A stretch of 64,000 nucleotides of DNA, from positions 1-64,000 of the IMG/VR virus record IMGVR_UViG_3300022908_000001; one strand, 5' to 3'. Below, in pieces: positions 51,067-61,037 of the stretch (positions within the stretch are counted from its first letter, which is position 1; every line of letters starts with the position of its first letter). The notes beneath the pieces are model-generated. The model did not search any database. It was not told the origin of the DNA and worked only from the letters and a program-made list of their open reading frames with translations. This DNA is from a virus. The position numbers and the translations under genes were made by a program.

Positions 51067-52584
51067 TTAAAAAGGTGCATCTGGACTATCAAATTTAACA
51101 TTCGGCTCAAGCTTAATATCCGGGTGAGGAGCAGCTTGTTTTTTGGGCTTTTTAGCACCCCTTACAGCATTATCGAACTCTTTATATTCCCAGTCCCTGA
51201 ACTTCATAAATGCCCCATTAAACTCAAGCTTAACCGTATCGCAAATGCCATTACGGTTCTTTGCAAATATTATCTCTGTTAAGCCCTGTGTTGGAAGGTT
51301 ATCCTCATTATGGGTTATACCATAGTATTCAGGCCGATAAAGGAAAATAACCTGATCTGCATCCTGTTCAATAGCACCAGACTCACGTATATGCGAAAGA
51401 TTTGGCCTTTTTGTTGGCGTTTTTTCAACCTCACGGTTTAATTGAGATAGAGCTATTACAGGTATATCCAATTCTTTTGCAATTGCCTTTAACGCCTGAC
51501 TAATACTGCTTACCTCTTGCTCTCTTATACCGTTCTTTGAGCTGGTTCCCTTCATTAATTGCAAATAGTCAATTACTATCAATCCGATATTATGCTGTTG
51601 TTTGAGCCTTCTTGCCTTTGAGCGAGCCTCAATAATACTCAACGATGGTGTGTCATCAATAAATATTTTATTCGTTTGTAGTAGCTTATTTGAAGCTGAT
51701 TCAATTCTTTCAGCATCATAGGGTGTTAATCGTCTTTTTACAAGGTCATCCATAAATATATTAGACTCAGAAGATATTAATCGTTCAGATAACTGAACCT
51801 TTGACATTTCAAGACTGAATATTAGAACCGGGCAGTCGAAATCTATAGCTGCATTTCTTGCTAACTGTAACGCAAACGCTGTTTTACCCATTGAAGGCCG
51901 GGCAGCTATAATTATCAATTCGGACTTTCGCCATCCATTTGTTAAATTGTCGACGGCCAAATATCCGCTACCAACCCCCACCAATCCTGTTATCTCCGGC
52001 TGCTTTAATTCAATAAGCTTTTGTGCTATCAACGTTGAATTATCAACAGCAGAATTACTTCTTTTATCGCTGATAACAGAAAATAAAGCGGCTTGATTTT
52101 TTTCAATTATATCAAAAGCATCCGAAGTGTCGTCATAGGCCTCGTTTATAGTTTCAGTACAAATCCTGATTGCCTCCCGTTGCATAAACTTTTCAACTAT
52201 AATTGCCGAGTGGTATTCAATATTAGCGGAAGAGGTAACCCTGTTTGTTAATTCGGTAATATAATAAGCATCGCCAATCATTTCCAATTCTCCCTGTTTT
52301 CTTAATTGGGAAGTCACGGTTAAAATATCAACAGGTTTATTTTTTGAAAAAAGATTAATTATGGATGAGTATATTTTTTGGTGGCTGTCTTTGTAAAACA
52401 TTTCTGGCTTTAATCGCTCTACAACCTCAATCAATGCATTCTTTTCAAGAAGCAATGCGCCTAATACAGCTTCTTCCAAGTCAGTTGCCTGCGGTGGTAA
52501 TTTACCTAAGCCTGAATACGGCGTTGGATTTGTAATCCTTGTTCGCAATGGTTTACTGTAAACATCTTCGTTTTCTAATATCAT
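51067..52584 (-). CDS. dnaB: Replicative DNA helicase DnaB
   Basis: LPPQA..LEEAVLG, IAARPSMGKT, FSLEMS, VIDYLQL, SQLNR, RESGAIEQDAD, AKNRNG. Confidence 0.97.
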   Translation of the reverse strand: MILENEDVYSKPLRTRITNPTPYSGLGKLPPQATDLEEAVLGALLLEKNALIEVVERLKPEMFYKDSHQKIYSSIINLFSKNKPVDILTVTSQLRKQGELEMIGDAYYITELTNRVTSSANIEYHSAIIVEKFMQREAIRICTETINEAYDDTSDAFDIIEKNQAALFSVISDKRSNSAVDNSTLIAQKLIELKQPEITGLVGVGSGYLAVDNLTNGWRKSELIIIAARPSMGKTAFALQLARNAAIDFDCPVLIFSLEMSKVQLSERLISSESNIFMDDLVKRRLTPYDAERIESASNKLLQTNKIFIDDTPSLSIIEARSKARRLKQQHNIGLIVIDYLQLMKGTSSKNGIREQEVSSISQALKAIAKELDIPVIALSQLNREVEKTPTKRPNLSHIRESGAIEQDADQVIFLYRPEYYGITHNEDNLPTQGLTEIIFAKNRNGICDTVKLEFNGAFMKFRDWEYKEFDNAVRGAKKPKKQAAPHPDIKLEPNVKFDSPDAPF

Positions 52585-53258
52585 TTCCAAGCCTCCGCAT
52601 TTTTTCTATGGTCTATAACAGGCTTCAATGGATGTACCGAAGCATCTATATTTTTATTCTCATCTTTAAACCAAACACTTACCATTTTTTGCTTCCAGCT
52701 TTTAACCTCTTTTCCCCGGCTATCATGCCAGTTAGCAGAGTCGTAATAATTAAATGCCGTTATGGCTGTTTTTTCAGAATATCCTTTTTCATTAAAATAT
52801 GCTTTCACCTCAATCAAAGAAGGGGGGATGAATATATTTTCCTTTCCTTTTATTTTATTTCCTTTCTTTTCCTTTATAGCATTGCCTTCGGATTGCGATT
52901 GCAATGCGTTCGCATGTTTTTCCCATCTGTTTTTGGCTGATTGTTGCGCTTTTTTTGACTTTTCATTCCTTAAATCAATTCTGTTTAGTACGCTTTTTGA
53001 CCAAAATCTAACCCCGTCATTATCGAATAATTTGTAATCTTTTATCACATTTTCTATGCGTTCGCATTGCGTTCGCAATTCATCCGCAATGCAGTCGCAT
53101 TCCTCCAATGGCAAAAAACCGCCTTCTTCATACAGCATTTCAATTAAACACCAATATATTCCTATTGATTCAACACCGCTTTTTGCAAGCATCCTTATCA
53201 TTTTTTTATCACTTCTTGCATGATAATCATGCGAAAAATAGTAGGTATCTTTTGCCAT
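52581..53258 (-). CDS. Replication initiator (Lin1244/DUF4373-like N-terminal domain)
   Basis: YFSHDYHARSDKK...GIYWCLIEML, FIPPSL.EV..YF, W...MV..W; upstream of dnaB; contains iterons. Confidence 0.8.
   Translation of the reverse strand: MAKDTYYFSHDYHARSDKKMIRMLAKSGVESIGIYWCLIEMLYEEGGFLPLEECDCIADELRTQCERIENVIKDYKLFDNDGVRFWSKSVLNRIDLRNEKSKKAQQSAKNRWEKHANALQSQSEGNAIKEKKGNKIKGKENIFIPPSLIEVKAYFNEKGYSEKTAITAFNYYDSANWHDSRGKEVKSWKQKMVSVWFKDENKNIDASVHPLKPVIDHRKNAEAWK
52894..53099. repeat. Iteron-like repeats (probable replication origin inside the initiator gene)
   Basis: TGCGTTCGCA at 52905, 53057 and 53068; variants TGCGATTGCA at 52894 and TGCAGTCGCA at 53090; adjacent AT/pyrimidine tract at about 52830-52875. 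Confidence 0.7.
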
Positions 53259-53266
53259 TATTTATC

Positions 53267-54097
53267 TTAGTTTTCAGTTATATAATCAACAGTAAGCAGC
53301 TTATTAATTTTAAGGGACTCGTTTATAAATTTTACCACATCAATATATAAATTCATTTGGTCATTATTGATGTCATATTTTGAAGTTTTACACTCATAAA
53401 TGCAGATGGTTTCATCGTTACTGCATAGAATATCTATAAAACAGCAACGCTCCTTGTCACCGGTGTATTTATACTTAACCGGGAATTGGTAAATTACATT
53501 AGGCCATTGGTTTCTTAAAAACTCAACCTGTCTTAATTCAAACTCTTTAGCCGATTTGTTGATATTAGTATAGCGATCTATTAGTATTTTAGAAGATATG
53601 CCAATGTGTTTATATTGTAAATCCTCCAGTCCATTTTCTTCATAGAATAGCAAAAGGTATTTCGTATGGAGTTTGCCTTTAAGCCCGAGGTTAGAAATAA
53701 TAACACCAAGCCAGTTTTTAAAAATATCCTTATAATCCTCCCCCGGTTCATAGTTCCATGCTTTGTGTCTTTTTGTTTCGTCAAGATAATCGGGGCACCC
53801 AAGAAATTGCTGCCCGTTATACCTATTGGTAAATAGTTTTAATTTCAATCCGCACTCACACAATTGATTGGTATAGCAATTCCTTGCTATTTTTATATGG
53901 GCAGCGTATTTATCCATCTCTAACCCGGAATTATAAGCAAACAAATGATATTCATTAATCAGTTGGCCAGCATATTTTTCAAGTGTATCTTGGGCTAATT
54001 TTATCTTTTCATCCTGTTTTTGCCTGATAAAAGAGTAGAAGTTATCAACTTCTGCCTTAGTCATCTTACGTGCATATTCAAGTATATTTTCAGCCAT
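53267..54097 (-). CDS. Zn-ribbon plus PD-(D/E)xK nuclease
   Basis: CECG...FLGCPDY; FIDILC...IYECK...Q..LY. Confidence 0.65.
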   Translation of the reverse strand: MAENILEYARKMTKAEVDNFYSFIRQKQDEKIKLAQDTLEKYAGQLINEYHLFAYNSGLEMDKYAAHIKIARNCYTNQLCECGLKLKLFTNRYNGQQFLGCPDYLDETKRHKAWNYEPGEDYKDIFKNWLGVIISNLGLKGKLHTKYLLLFYEENGLEDLQYKHIGISSKILIDRYTNINKSAKEFELRQVEFLRNQWPNVIYQFPVKYKYTGDKERCCFIDILCSNDETICIYECKTSKYDINNDQMNLYIDVVKFINESLKINKLLTVDYITEN

Positions 54098-54133
54098 TGT
54101 GTGTTTTTTTAAATACCGTACAGAGCCAAAAAA

Positions 54134-54307
54134 TTAAGCAGGTATCATCTTTAGGAAATCCTTTAACATACGTTCCTTTTCGTCTGGTATTATTCGCTCA
54201 CCCCTTAGTGCCATACTAAGCTGGTTTGGATGAACACCAATTTTACCGGCTAAAAACTTAACCTTAAAGCCCGATTCTCTTACCATCTTTACAGTTGACT
54301 CATTCAT
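54134..54307 (-). CDS. Small Cro-like HTH protein (57 aa)
   Basis: Manual translation MNESTVKMVRESGFKVKFLAGKIGVHPNQLSMALRGERIIP...; TATATTTA just upstream. Confidence 0.7.
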   Translation of the reverse strand: MNESTVKMVRESGFKVKFLAGKIGVHPNQLSMALRGERIIPDEKERMLKDFLKMIPA

Positions 54308-54354
54308 TGCTTAAATATACTAATTTTCGTTTTTATTTAAACACAAATATAGTT

Positions 54355-54843
54355 TTATTTTTCATATAATATTCGATTTACCAAGGCATTGCACTCACCT
54401 TTATTAGATGGAAGCTCGATTATTGGCTGGCAATCTTCGATATGTTTCAGATGGCTCTTTAACATTTTATGCTTTATCTTCCCATCGTAGGTTTGCCAGC
54501 CCTTTGTATCGATCAATATATTACTTACAGGCAGGTAGAAATCTATTATTATCTTAATAGCTCGTATTGATGCCCCATTATACTTAAATGGCTTTTGTAA
54601 TATATATTCCTTCTGATGCTCAAATTTAATTCCTGAATTATGTAATAATGCATACATATATTGCTCCAGCTTGCTATCGAACAGTATCCCATAGGCCTCG
54701 ATTTTAGTAGCGTTCATTATCTTTGCATTGGGTTCTATTTTTTTTACAGAGCCTTTTTGCACAAGTGTTTTTACCGGAACAAACGAGCCGCCATCTTTTT
54801 GAACCAAACCCTTCTTTTTTAAATCCTCTGCCGTCCAGTTCAT
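54355..54843 (-). CDS. DUF1064-like endonuclease
   Basis: GILFDSKLE, Q.EYILQ.PF, IDF...DTKG. Confidence 0.75.
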   Translation of the reverse strand: MNWTAEDLKKKGLVQKDGGSFVPVKTLVQKGSVKKIEPNAKIMNATKIEAYGILFDSKLEQYMYALLHNSGIKFEHQKEYILQKPFKYNGASIRAIKIIIDFYLPVSNILIDTKGWQTYDGKIKHKMLKSHLKHIEDCQPIIELPSNKGECNALVNRILYEK

Positions 54844-54845
54844 GA

Positions 54846-55176
54846 TCAATCCAATTGATACCACATAACACAATCAATACCTTGTTTCTTTAATGATTTA
54901 AAAGCGGACTCCATCACGGCGCTCCTTAAATCTGCCTGCCCACCGGTTTCTATATGAAGAAACCTGTATCCAGAAAAGTACCCTGACAACCTTTCGCTTA
55001 TGCCGACACCACACTTCTTAGAAAGCTCGTCAATGTCGCCTTTTCTCCACCCTTTGAGAGATATACAAACAGTATCTAAGTTGCAACTCCCGCGATCAAC
55101 CGTTGACTTTACTGATTCTGATTCTTTTTTAGCTATAATTATAGCTTCTGCGACTCTTTCAATTTCTCTCTTTTCC
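54846..55176 (-). CDS. Hypothetical protein
   Basis: DRGSCNLD motif, C-terminal YQLD. Confidence 0.55.
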
Positions 55177-55483
55177 ATAAAAACAACAAACCCCATCAAA
55201 TTCCAGCGGTCAGACTTTCATTCAACAGGGCGTTTTTAATTCCTTTTAATAACATTCTGACCAATGTTTTTGTTATTGTAAATATACGAATTTTATACAT
55301 TATAGCGCTCCTTAATTGCCAAAATAGTTTCAGGTGAGCATTTTACCTTTCCGCTATACCAAAGTCGGTCACGTTCCTTCCAGTATTCCTCAATTAGCCC
55401 CGGTATATATACCTTCGGCTTACTATACCTCTTCTTCTCAGGAACGTAATCTTCACGGTTTGTAGCCTTTATTAGTTTGGGCA

Positions 55484-55870
55484 TTATAACAACTTCTCCA
55501 GATTAATAATATCCTCCCTGAATTTCTTCTCGGCATAGTAATGATCTTGAACAGCGGCACAAGCGTATATCACGGTGCTATGGTCAATATGGAAAAATGC
55601 GCCAATTGTCTTTAATGGCAACTTTAATTGCTTCCTTATGAAATACATTGATATTTGCCTTACATGAACCAATTGAGCGAAACGCCTTGAGCCTAAAACC
55701 GATTCAATATCCTGTTCAAAATAATCGCATACAATTTTAGTAATATATGGCATCTTCTGGTTGTTGGTAAGCATTTTCCCAACCCTGTAGTTTTTTTGAA
55801 CGTACACAGGTAAACCTACGTAATGTTGTGGTGTCATAATGAGCCCCGCTGCCTTATCCAAAAGTTCCAC
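55484..55870 (-). CDS. DnaA C-terminal (domain IV) HTH protein
   Basis: VCDYF...SRRFAQLVHVRQISMY...LKTIGAFFHIDHSTVIYA. Confidence 0.85.
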   Translation of the reverse strand: MELLDKAAGLIMTPQHYVGLPVYVQKNYRVGKMLTNNQKMPYITKIVCDYFEQDIESVLGSRRFAQLVHVRQISMYFIRKQLKLPLKTIGAFFHIDHSTVIYACAAVQDHYYAEKKFREDIINLEKLL

Positions 55871-56470
55871 GACGTAGACTTATCAATATCCTTCTCCTGC
55901 ACCACCAGATCGGGCTTATTACGATTCAGGTAATTCAGCGTGTATTTAGTCCCGTCTATCAGCGCCACGATCAGTTTGCTGCCATCCGACTGAACAAGAA
56001 ACTTCGTACCGACCGGATACTTCACGCTACTGGCAGGTTTCGGTGGCGCTTTCTTGAGTCGAATTTCCGGGTCGAATACCTTTGTGCGGCTACCATCCGG
56101 TATGCAGGATTGGATATGAAAACCGTTGTTGGTGAAGTGTTGCACCATGAGCATCTGCGCAGCCTGTTCCAACTCCGGTTCAGGCACACTGATATAGCGT
56201 TCAGGGATGTTCACAGCGTAGGGGATTTGCTTTGCCGCATTCTCCCAATACGCGCTACCATGTGAGCAGCCAGACTTTGTATCCGTTTTCTTCTTCTTGA
56301 TTGACATTGATTCCATTGTTTTGAAGCATGGTTATTGTTTTCGGTTCGATTTGTATGCGCCGGTACTCAAACTTGTTGTTCTGGGCGCAATTCATCAGTT
56401 GTTTTCGTATAGCACGATATTCCACCGTGTCGGATCGTTCGTGCAAGATGGTTGATAGTAGTTTTTTCAT
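55834..56470 (-). CDS. Two hypothetical genes (55834-56316, 56255-56470)
   Basis: Overlapping ORFs in the operon. Confidence 0.45.
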
Positions 56471-56524
56471 GTGATTGGTTAATTTATCCCCCGCACGGGA
56501 TTGAGTGGTGCGGGGGAGGGTGGG

Positions 56525-56812
56525 TTAAAAGGGCAATTCATCACTACTATCCGGCAATTGCTCAACGTCAGGTTTCTTTGTAGCGGTTGCGCCGCCAAAC
56601 ACGTACTCCTTACCAGAACCAACATAAACCTTTGGTTCTTTAGCCTCACGCTGTTCTTTGGTCTGATTGATATACAACGTATGCGTATTGCCATACTGAT
56701 CCGGTTCTTTGCGCTGGTCAACCACTATTTTAGCGTACCATTTTTTGTTCTTGTCTGATTGTTTGCGTGCATCCGCCGGGATGTCGCTGAGATTAAGGTC
56801 AATTACTATCAT
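56525..56812 (-). CDS. Single-stranded DNA-binding-like protein
   Basis: PDQYGNTH, YVGSGK, acidic C-terminal DELPF; next to the recombination genes. Confidence 0.65.
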   Translation of the reverse strand: MIVIDLNLSDIPADARKQSDKNKKWYAKIVVDQRKEPDQYGNTHTLYINQTKEQREAKEPKVYVGSGKEYVFGGATATKKPDVEQLPDSSDELPF

Positions 56813-57474
56813 GCTGTTAATTTATTTAATGTTTCTATGAAAATTTGATTTGCTTTAATTAATTTGTTTTTTAGTGCCGCTATTTGCTCTTGATAATCGG
56901 CTGCATATAAGCGCTTGTAAACGATTTGCAATTTTCCGGGATAGGCAGGATGGTATGACACGAAATCGATCCACTTTCGCCCCGTAATGAGTAAATAGCC
57001 CAAGCATTGATAGTAATATTCTTTCTTGCCAACATCAATCAGGTTTTCGAGTTTGTGTTCCAAATGTGAAGTTATGGTATAGGGGCATTTTATCTCTATC
57101 AACCCATCGATACCAACAAGTCCATCCGGGCTGCCGCCTGCGTTTTCTCCGTATTCAATATACGCAGAATCTTCGATTTTACAAGCGAATACCTCGTTGT
57201 AAATAGCCTTAGCGATTGGCTCGTTGTCGATGCCGTGTTCCGTGTATTTCGAGGTAAACTCATCTTTTGCACGCTGACCGGTTATGCGTTCTGCCAAACA
57301 CTCGTAAACATAAGTCATTGCGCCGTCGGAAAGATTACCGGCCTCTTTATCTGCTTTTAATTTTGGTTCGGTCATCAGCCTGTAGAATTGACTGCATGAG
57401 AACCTGCCAAGTCTGTTCGCATACCATTCAGGCGTGCGCTGACTTTCGTTGAGTATTCCGTTAATTTGTTGCAT
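56809..57474 (-). CDS. YqaJ/lambda-type exonuclease
   Basis: QRTPEWYANRLG, HGIDNEP, GGSPDGLV, IEIKCP, YYQ. Confidence 0.92.
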   Translation of the reverse strand: MQQINGILNESQRTPEWYANRLGRFSCSQFYRLMTEPKLKADKEAGNLSDGAMTYVYECLAERITGQRAKDEFTSKYTEHGIDNEPIAKAIYNEVFACKIEDSAYIEYGENAGGSPDGLVGIDGLIEIKCPYTITSHLEHKLENLIDVGKKEYYYQCLGYLLITGRKWIDFVSYHPAYPGKLQIVYKRLYAADYQEQIAALKNKLIKANQIFIETLNKLTA

Positions 57475-58021
57475 TTTCAAGGGATTTTTTAATTTCATCC
57501 AAAGGAACTTCTTTCGAATAGGCAGGTATAAACTCAACCTCGTCATTGCCACCGCCAAATAGCTTGCCCAATTTTTGGGCAGCGTTCTTGAGCGCAAAGC
57601 TGTCTGCCGCTGGGGCGTTCTTTTGTATAGCATCCCCTATGATCTGGCTAAAGTCAGTAGGGTTACTGCCTGACTTTAATTGGATAGGCACAGCGCCCAC
57701 GCCATCGAGGTTCCGTGTGCGCCCCGTTACCGGGTTGACTACAGATAGTGTACCGTAAACCAATATTGAATTGGCTACAACCTTAACATCTTTTATAGTC
57801 CAGTCATAATCCTGAAAAATGGTGATGAGGTTGTTTTTTACCCGGTCTACCGGCAGGTATTTCATGCCCTTGTATTCCTTTAACCAATTGGCAGGAGGGG
57901 TAGTGTTTAGTAGCGTATTCAGGTTGTCTACCTGAACCGCTAATCCTAAATCTTTTGTTAATGTACTGATTTGAACTTTCTGTGGTGATTTCGTTACCGC
58001 TGTGCTCTTTTTCGTTTCCAT
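57461..58021 (-). CDS. Single-strand annealing protein (Rad52/Sak-like)
   Basis: YLPVDRVKNNLITIF...DGVGA...ALKNAAQKLGKLFG; adjacent to the exonuclease. Confidence 0.7.
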   Translation of the reverse strand: METKKSTAVTKSPQKVQISTLTKDLGLAVQVDNLNTLLNTTPPANWLKEYKGMKYLPVDRVKNNLITIFQDYDWTIKDVKVVANSILVYGTLSVVNPVTGRTRNLDGVGAVPIQLKSGSNPTDFSQIIGDAIQKNAPAADSFALKNAAQKLGKLFGGGNDEVEFIPAYSKEVPLDEIKKSLENATN

Positions 58022-58045
58022 ATTATTTACTTTGGTTTTTAGTGT

Positions 58046-60412
58046 TTAGTAACGGGTCGCGCCTCGTTCATACTTGGTGAGCGAAGTCAGCCATTTAACG
58101 CCGGGATTCCTGAAATCAATCAGGTGCTTTTTGTCCTCGTCAAATTTGGGAGGGTTCCGGGTTATCTTTTCACGCCCGATTGTTTGGGCGATTATGGCGG
58201 GGTCGGTGCGGTAATTAATTGTTTTCATATTTCTATTTTATTTGGTTTCATATCCTAATATCTCTTTTTAGTTATAGAAAAGTCAATGCCATTAAACCTG
58301 AGACCAAGTGCCCAGCTACTTGTAAATTTAGCATCGATTCTGTTTTTCCATTCATCTTCGAGCATTTCGAAATCTTCATAGCCCAATTCTAAATGAATCA
58401 ATGCATTTTCAACCCTTAGCCCATTGCAATCAATTTCAGACAATATGCATGATAACTGTTCAATTCTTTCTATCTGTGTCATTTCTCATATCCTAAAAGT
58501 CCATGTACTTCAACAATTAAAAGTTCCTGATTCAACGCCTCAATGACCCGCTCACAAGCCGCATAATCGCCACGATCCAATACAGCCTGAACCAATTCCT
58601 GTTCGGTTTCGGCAATCGTCAGCAGCAGGAAGTTGCGCTCGTCCTGTAGGGTTATGGGTGGTTTTGGACGGTTCATGATTGATGATAGTAATAAATTAAA
58701 AAGTATCCTTCGCCAACGTTCATGAATAGAACGGATACGACTTCTATGTTTCTTTGCGAATTGACCCATATGTTGACAGCGTTATAATTTTGACTCGTTA
58801 CAGCATGGTTCATAAAAAGACGATCTGACTTTTTCATACCTTTTTCCAATTATTTTGCGCGTACTGAGCAAACCGACCAAAATTCTCATTAACAACCAAT
58901 AGTTTCTCTTTCCACGGCGCATCGTTATCGCCGCCGTATTGGTTAAAGAATGAGTTGATTATTATGGTTTGCATATCGTTATTGCCTTTGTATATATCGT
59001 TTATGTGCAGGTAGTTCTTTAGTTTCCATTCCAGTCCACTTGCGCCGGGTAGTATCAAACGGGGCTTGTTTTTATTTTTGTTTTTACGGCTCATGCTTCC
59101 TCCTTCACTACCAACCCTAACTCCTTAACCACACTCTCCACAGGCAGAACGCCATATTCGTCATAAACCAGTTGCAGTAACTTCGCAGCAGGCAATGGTG
59201 GCAATTCAAGTCGCTCACGTGCCGTTATGCACCCCACCATATAGGCAAAGGCTTCGGCGTAGTTGTTAGTTGTTTTCATATGTTTAATGCTTTGTTGATG
59301 GCTTGTCTCGCTATGTCTACATTCCAAGTTAATAATTGACCGTGTTCATCGTAATGATTCATAAGGTTTTGCAGGGACTCTAATAAGTCAGGTGCTGCGG
59401 CAATTAATCGAGCGTTTGAATGCTCTTCAACGCAGCAGCATGTTTCGACACCACAATCATCATCACTAATGTTGCCGACAAAAAGTACCCTTTCAACAAC
59501 ACGCTCACCAAATTTCTTAGGTATAACGGCGGTGATTTGCCCTTTATGGGTTGTCCTTTTAATCCATGGGCCGGGAGTCCCCTTAAATTGATTTGGAATT
59601 GCTGTACTCATATATGAACATTATTTAATATATCACCTAAAAAATTACTGAACTCTTGTAGTAGCTTATTTTCACCACCACCATAATAATAGCCATAATC
59701 AAAATTATATCGCTGGCCACCATCTATGATATAAAACTCAAAACACTGGCAACCCATATCGGATTTATATGATTTATAATCATGGACTGACACGTTAGCC
59801 CGTTTTGCCATTTGTAGTATTTTTCTTTTCATAAAATATCGCTTTCTATATCCCATCTCATAAGAGGACGATTTTCATCTTCATACTCCAATCCGAAGCT
59901 GTCAATTTCGCGGTGGTCGTCTTCTTCCCAACCACGGTTTCTGTTTTGGTATGCGTCAATTTCCGCGAGCTCAAATGGCGTAAATTCCAGCACCGATTTC
60001 GCCCTCGTTTGGGTGCGTTCGGTTGGTTTTAGTTCGGTTAGTTGTTTCATGACACAACCTCCAATGTTTTCGATTTGTGGATGTCGTCGATGTTGATGAA
60101 AGCCACAAGTTCGTCGGGTAAATCAATTTCAAAGGAGTATTCAGGCAGTAGTATCCGCTTTTCAGGCTTAGATAACAAACTGTCAAATGTCTGTATAAAA
60201 AAGGTCGTATCATCCGAAATGTGCATTATACCAAAATTATCCGACAACCCATTTGGCCTTATGGCGTGATATCCGACATGGGCATCGGGAAATATATCTC
60301 TTATAGCTAAGGCTATAGCGCAATTCTCCCCCGTAGCACCAATGGCGCGAATAGTTCCGCACCACATACTCCTGCGCAGAACATCTTTAGTAACTGTAAT
60401 CTTAATTTTCAT
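58046..60412 (-). CDS. Array of small hypothetical genes of the leftward early/middle operon
   Basis: Coupled ORFs. 59276-59611 has FKGTPGPW...NARLIAAAPDLLE, a pattern common in phage proteins. Confidence 0.55.
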
Positions 60413-60541
60413 ATCCTTTCCTTATTTGGTATAAGCAAACCTACAAAGTATAATTGGGATGTGCAAATTTATTTTTATTTTTATTTTCAGATTTATTTGC
60501 AAATATAAAAAATAGTTCCGATACTTGTAATGTAATAAAAT
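60413..60541. promoter_or_regulatory. Divergent promoter/control region
   Basis: Minus-strand TAGGTTTG at 60436-60443 with an upstream TTTG; plus-strand GATACTTGTA at about 60520; repeated TGCAAAT; AT-rich. Confidence 0.6.
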
Positions 60542-60703
60542 ATGAGGGTAGACAAAAAATGGAATAAAGTCGCCAGTTAATATAAGGTTAACGAAAACAT
60601 GTAAGTAGTTAATTGATAAATAACCGGAGAGGCAATAATCGAATTAAAGCAAAGTACACGCATTGATTTGTAGCCAATGCAGGTTCGAATCCTGCCCCTT
60701 ATG
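60542..60703 (+). ncRNA. tRNA-like RNA (about 160 nt) with large inserts in the anticodon and variable regions
   Basis: Acceptor ATGAGGG/CCCTTAT; D arm GAC-AAAAAATGGAATAAA-GTC; perfect T arm GCAGG-TTCGAAT-CCTGC. Confidence 0.7.
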
Positions 60704-60727
60704 CGAACTGGCAATCTTGCCGGTTTA

Positions 60728-60782
60728 ATTGTGATAAGGTTTAGGAAAGGACGGCGATACGCAAGGTTGATCCGTCCTTAAT
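60728..60782 (+). ncRNA. Candidate small RNA, copy B
   Basis: ATTGTGATAAGGTTT plus stem AAGGACGG/CCGTCCTT with GATACGC in the loop, as in copy A. Confidence 0.5.
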
Positions 60783-60803
60783 TAAGAAAACAAAAAGAAC
60801 AAA

Positions 60804-61037
60804 ATGATAAAATTAAACGAAGCGGCAAAAGAAAAGATTAAGAGCGACAGGCAGTTGTTTATAGAGGTTCAAAAGACCTTGAATGTAACTGAAAATAGCC
60901 TTTATAGATTCATTAAAAATGATAGCAATAGGCTGACGGAAATAGATTGCCTTAATACTATTGTTGAATTTACCGGCATGCCTTTATCTGCATTTGTTGA
61001 TGGTAAAATAAGCAAACTAATTTGCAAACAATCATGA
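60804..61037 (+). CDS. HTH (Cro-like) regulator
   Basis: VQKTLNVTENSLYRFIKND; first gene of the rightward operon. Confidence 0.65.
   Translation: MIKLNEAAKEKIKSDRQLFIEVQKTLNVTENSLYRFIKNDSNRLTEIDCLNTIVEFTGMPLSAFVDGKISKLICKQS

Noticed and set aside
60542-60703. tmRNA or intron-containing canonical tRNA
   Set aside because: Too short, has a D stem, no tag ORF, and no group I intron core or canonical anticodon loop
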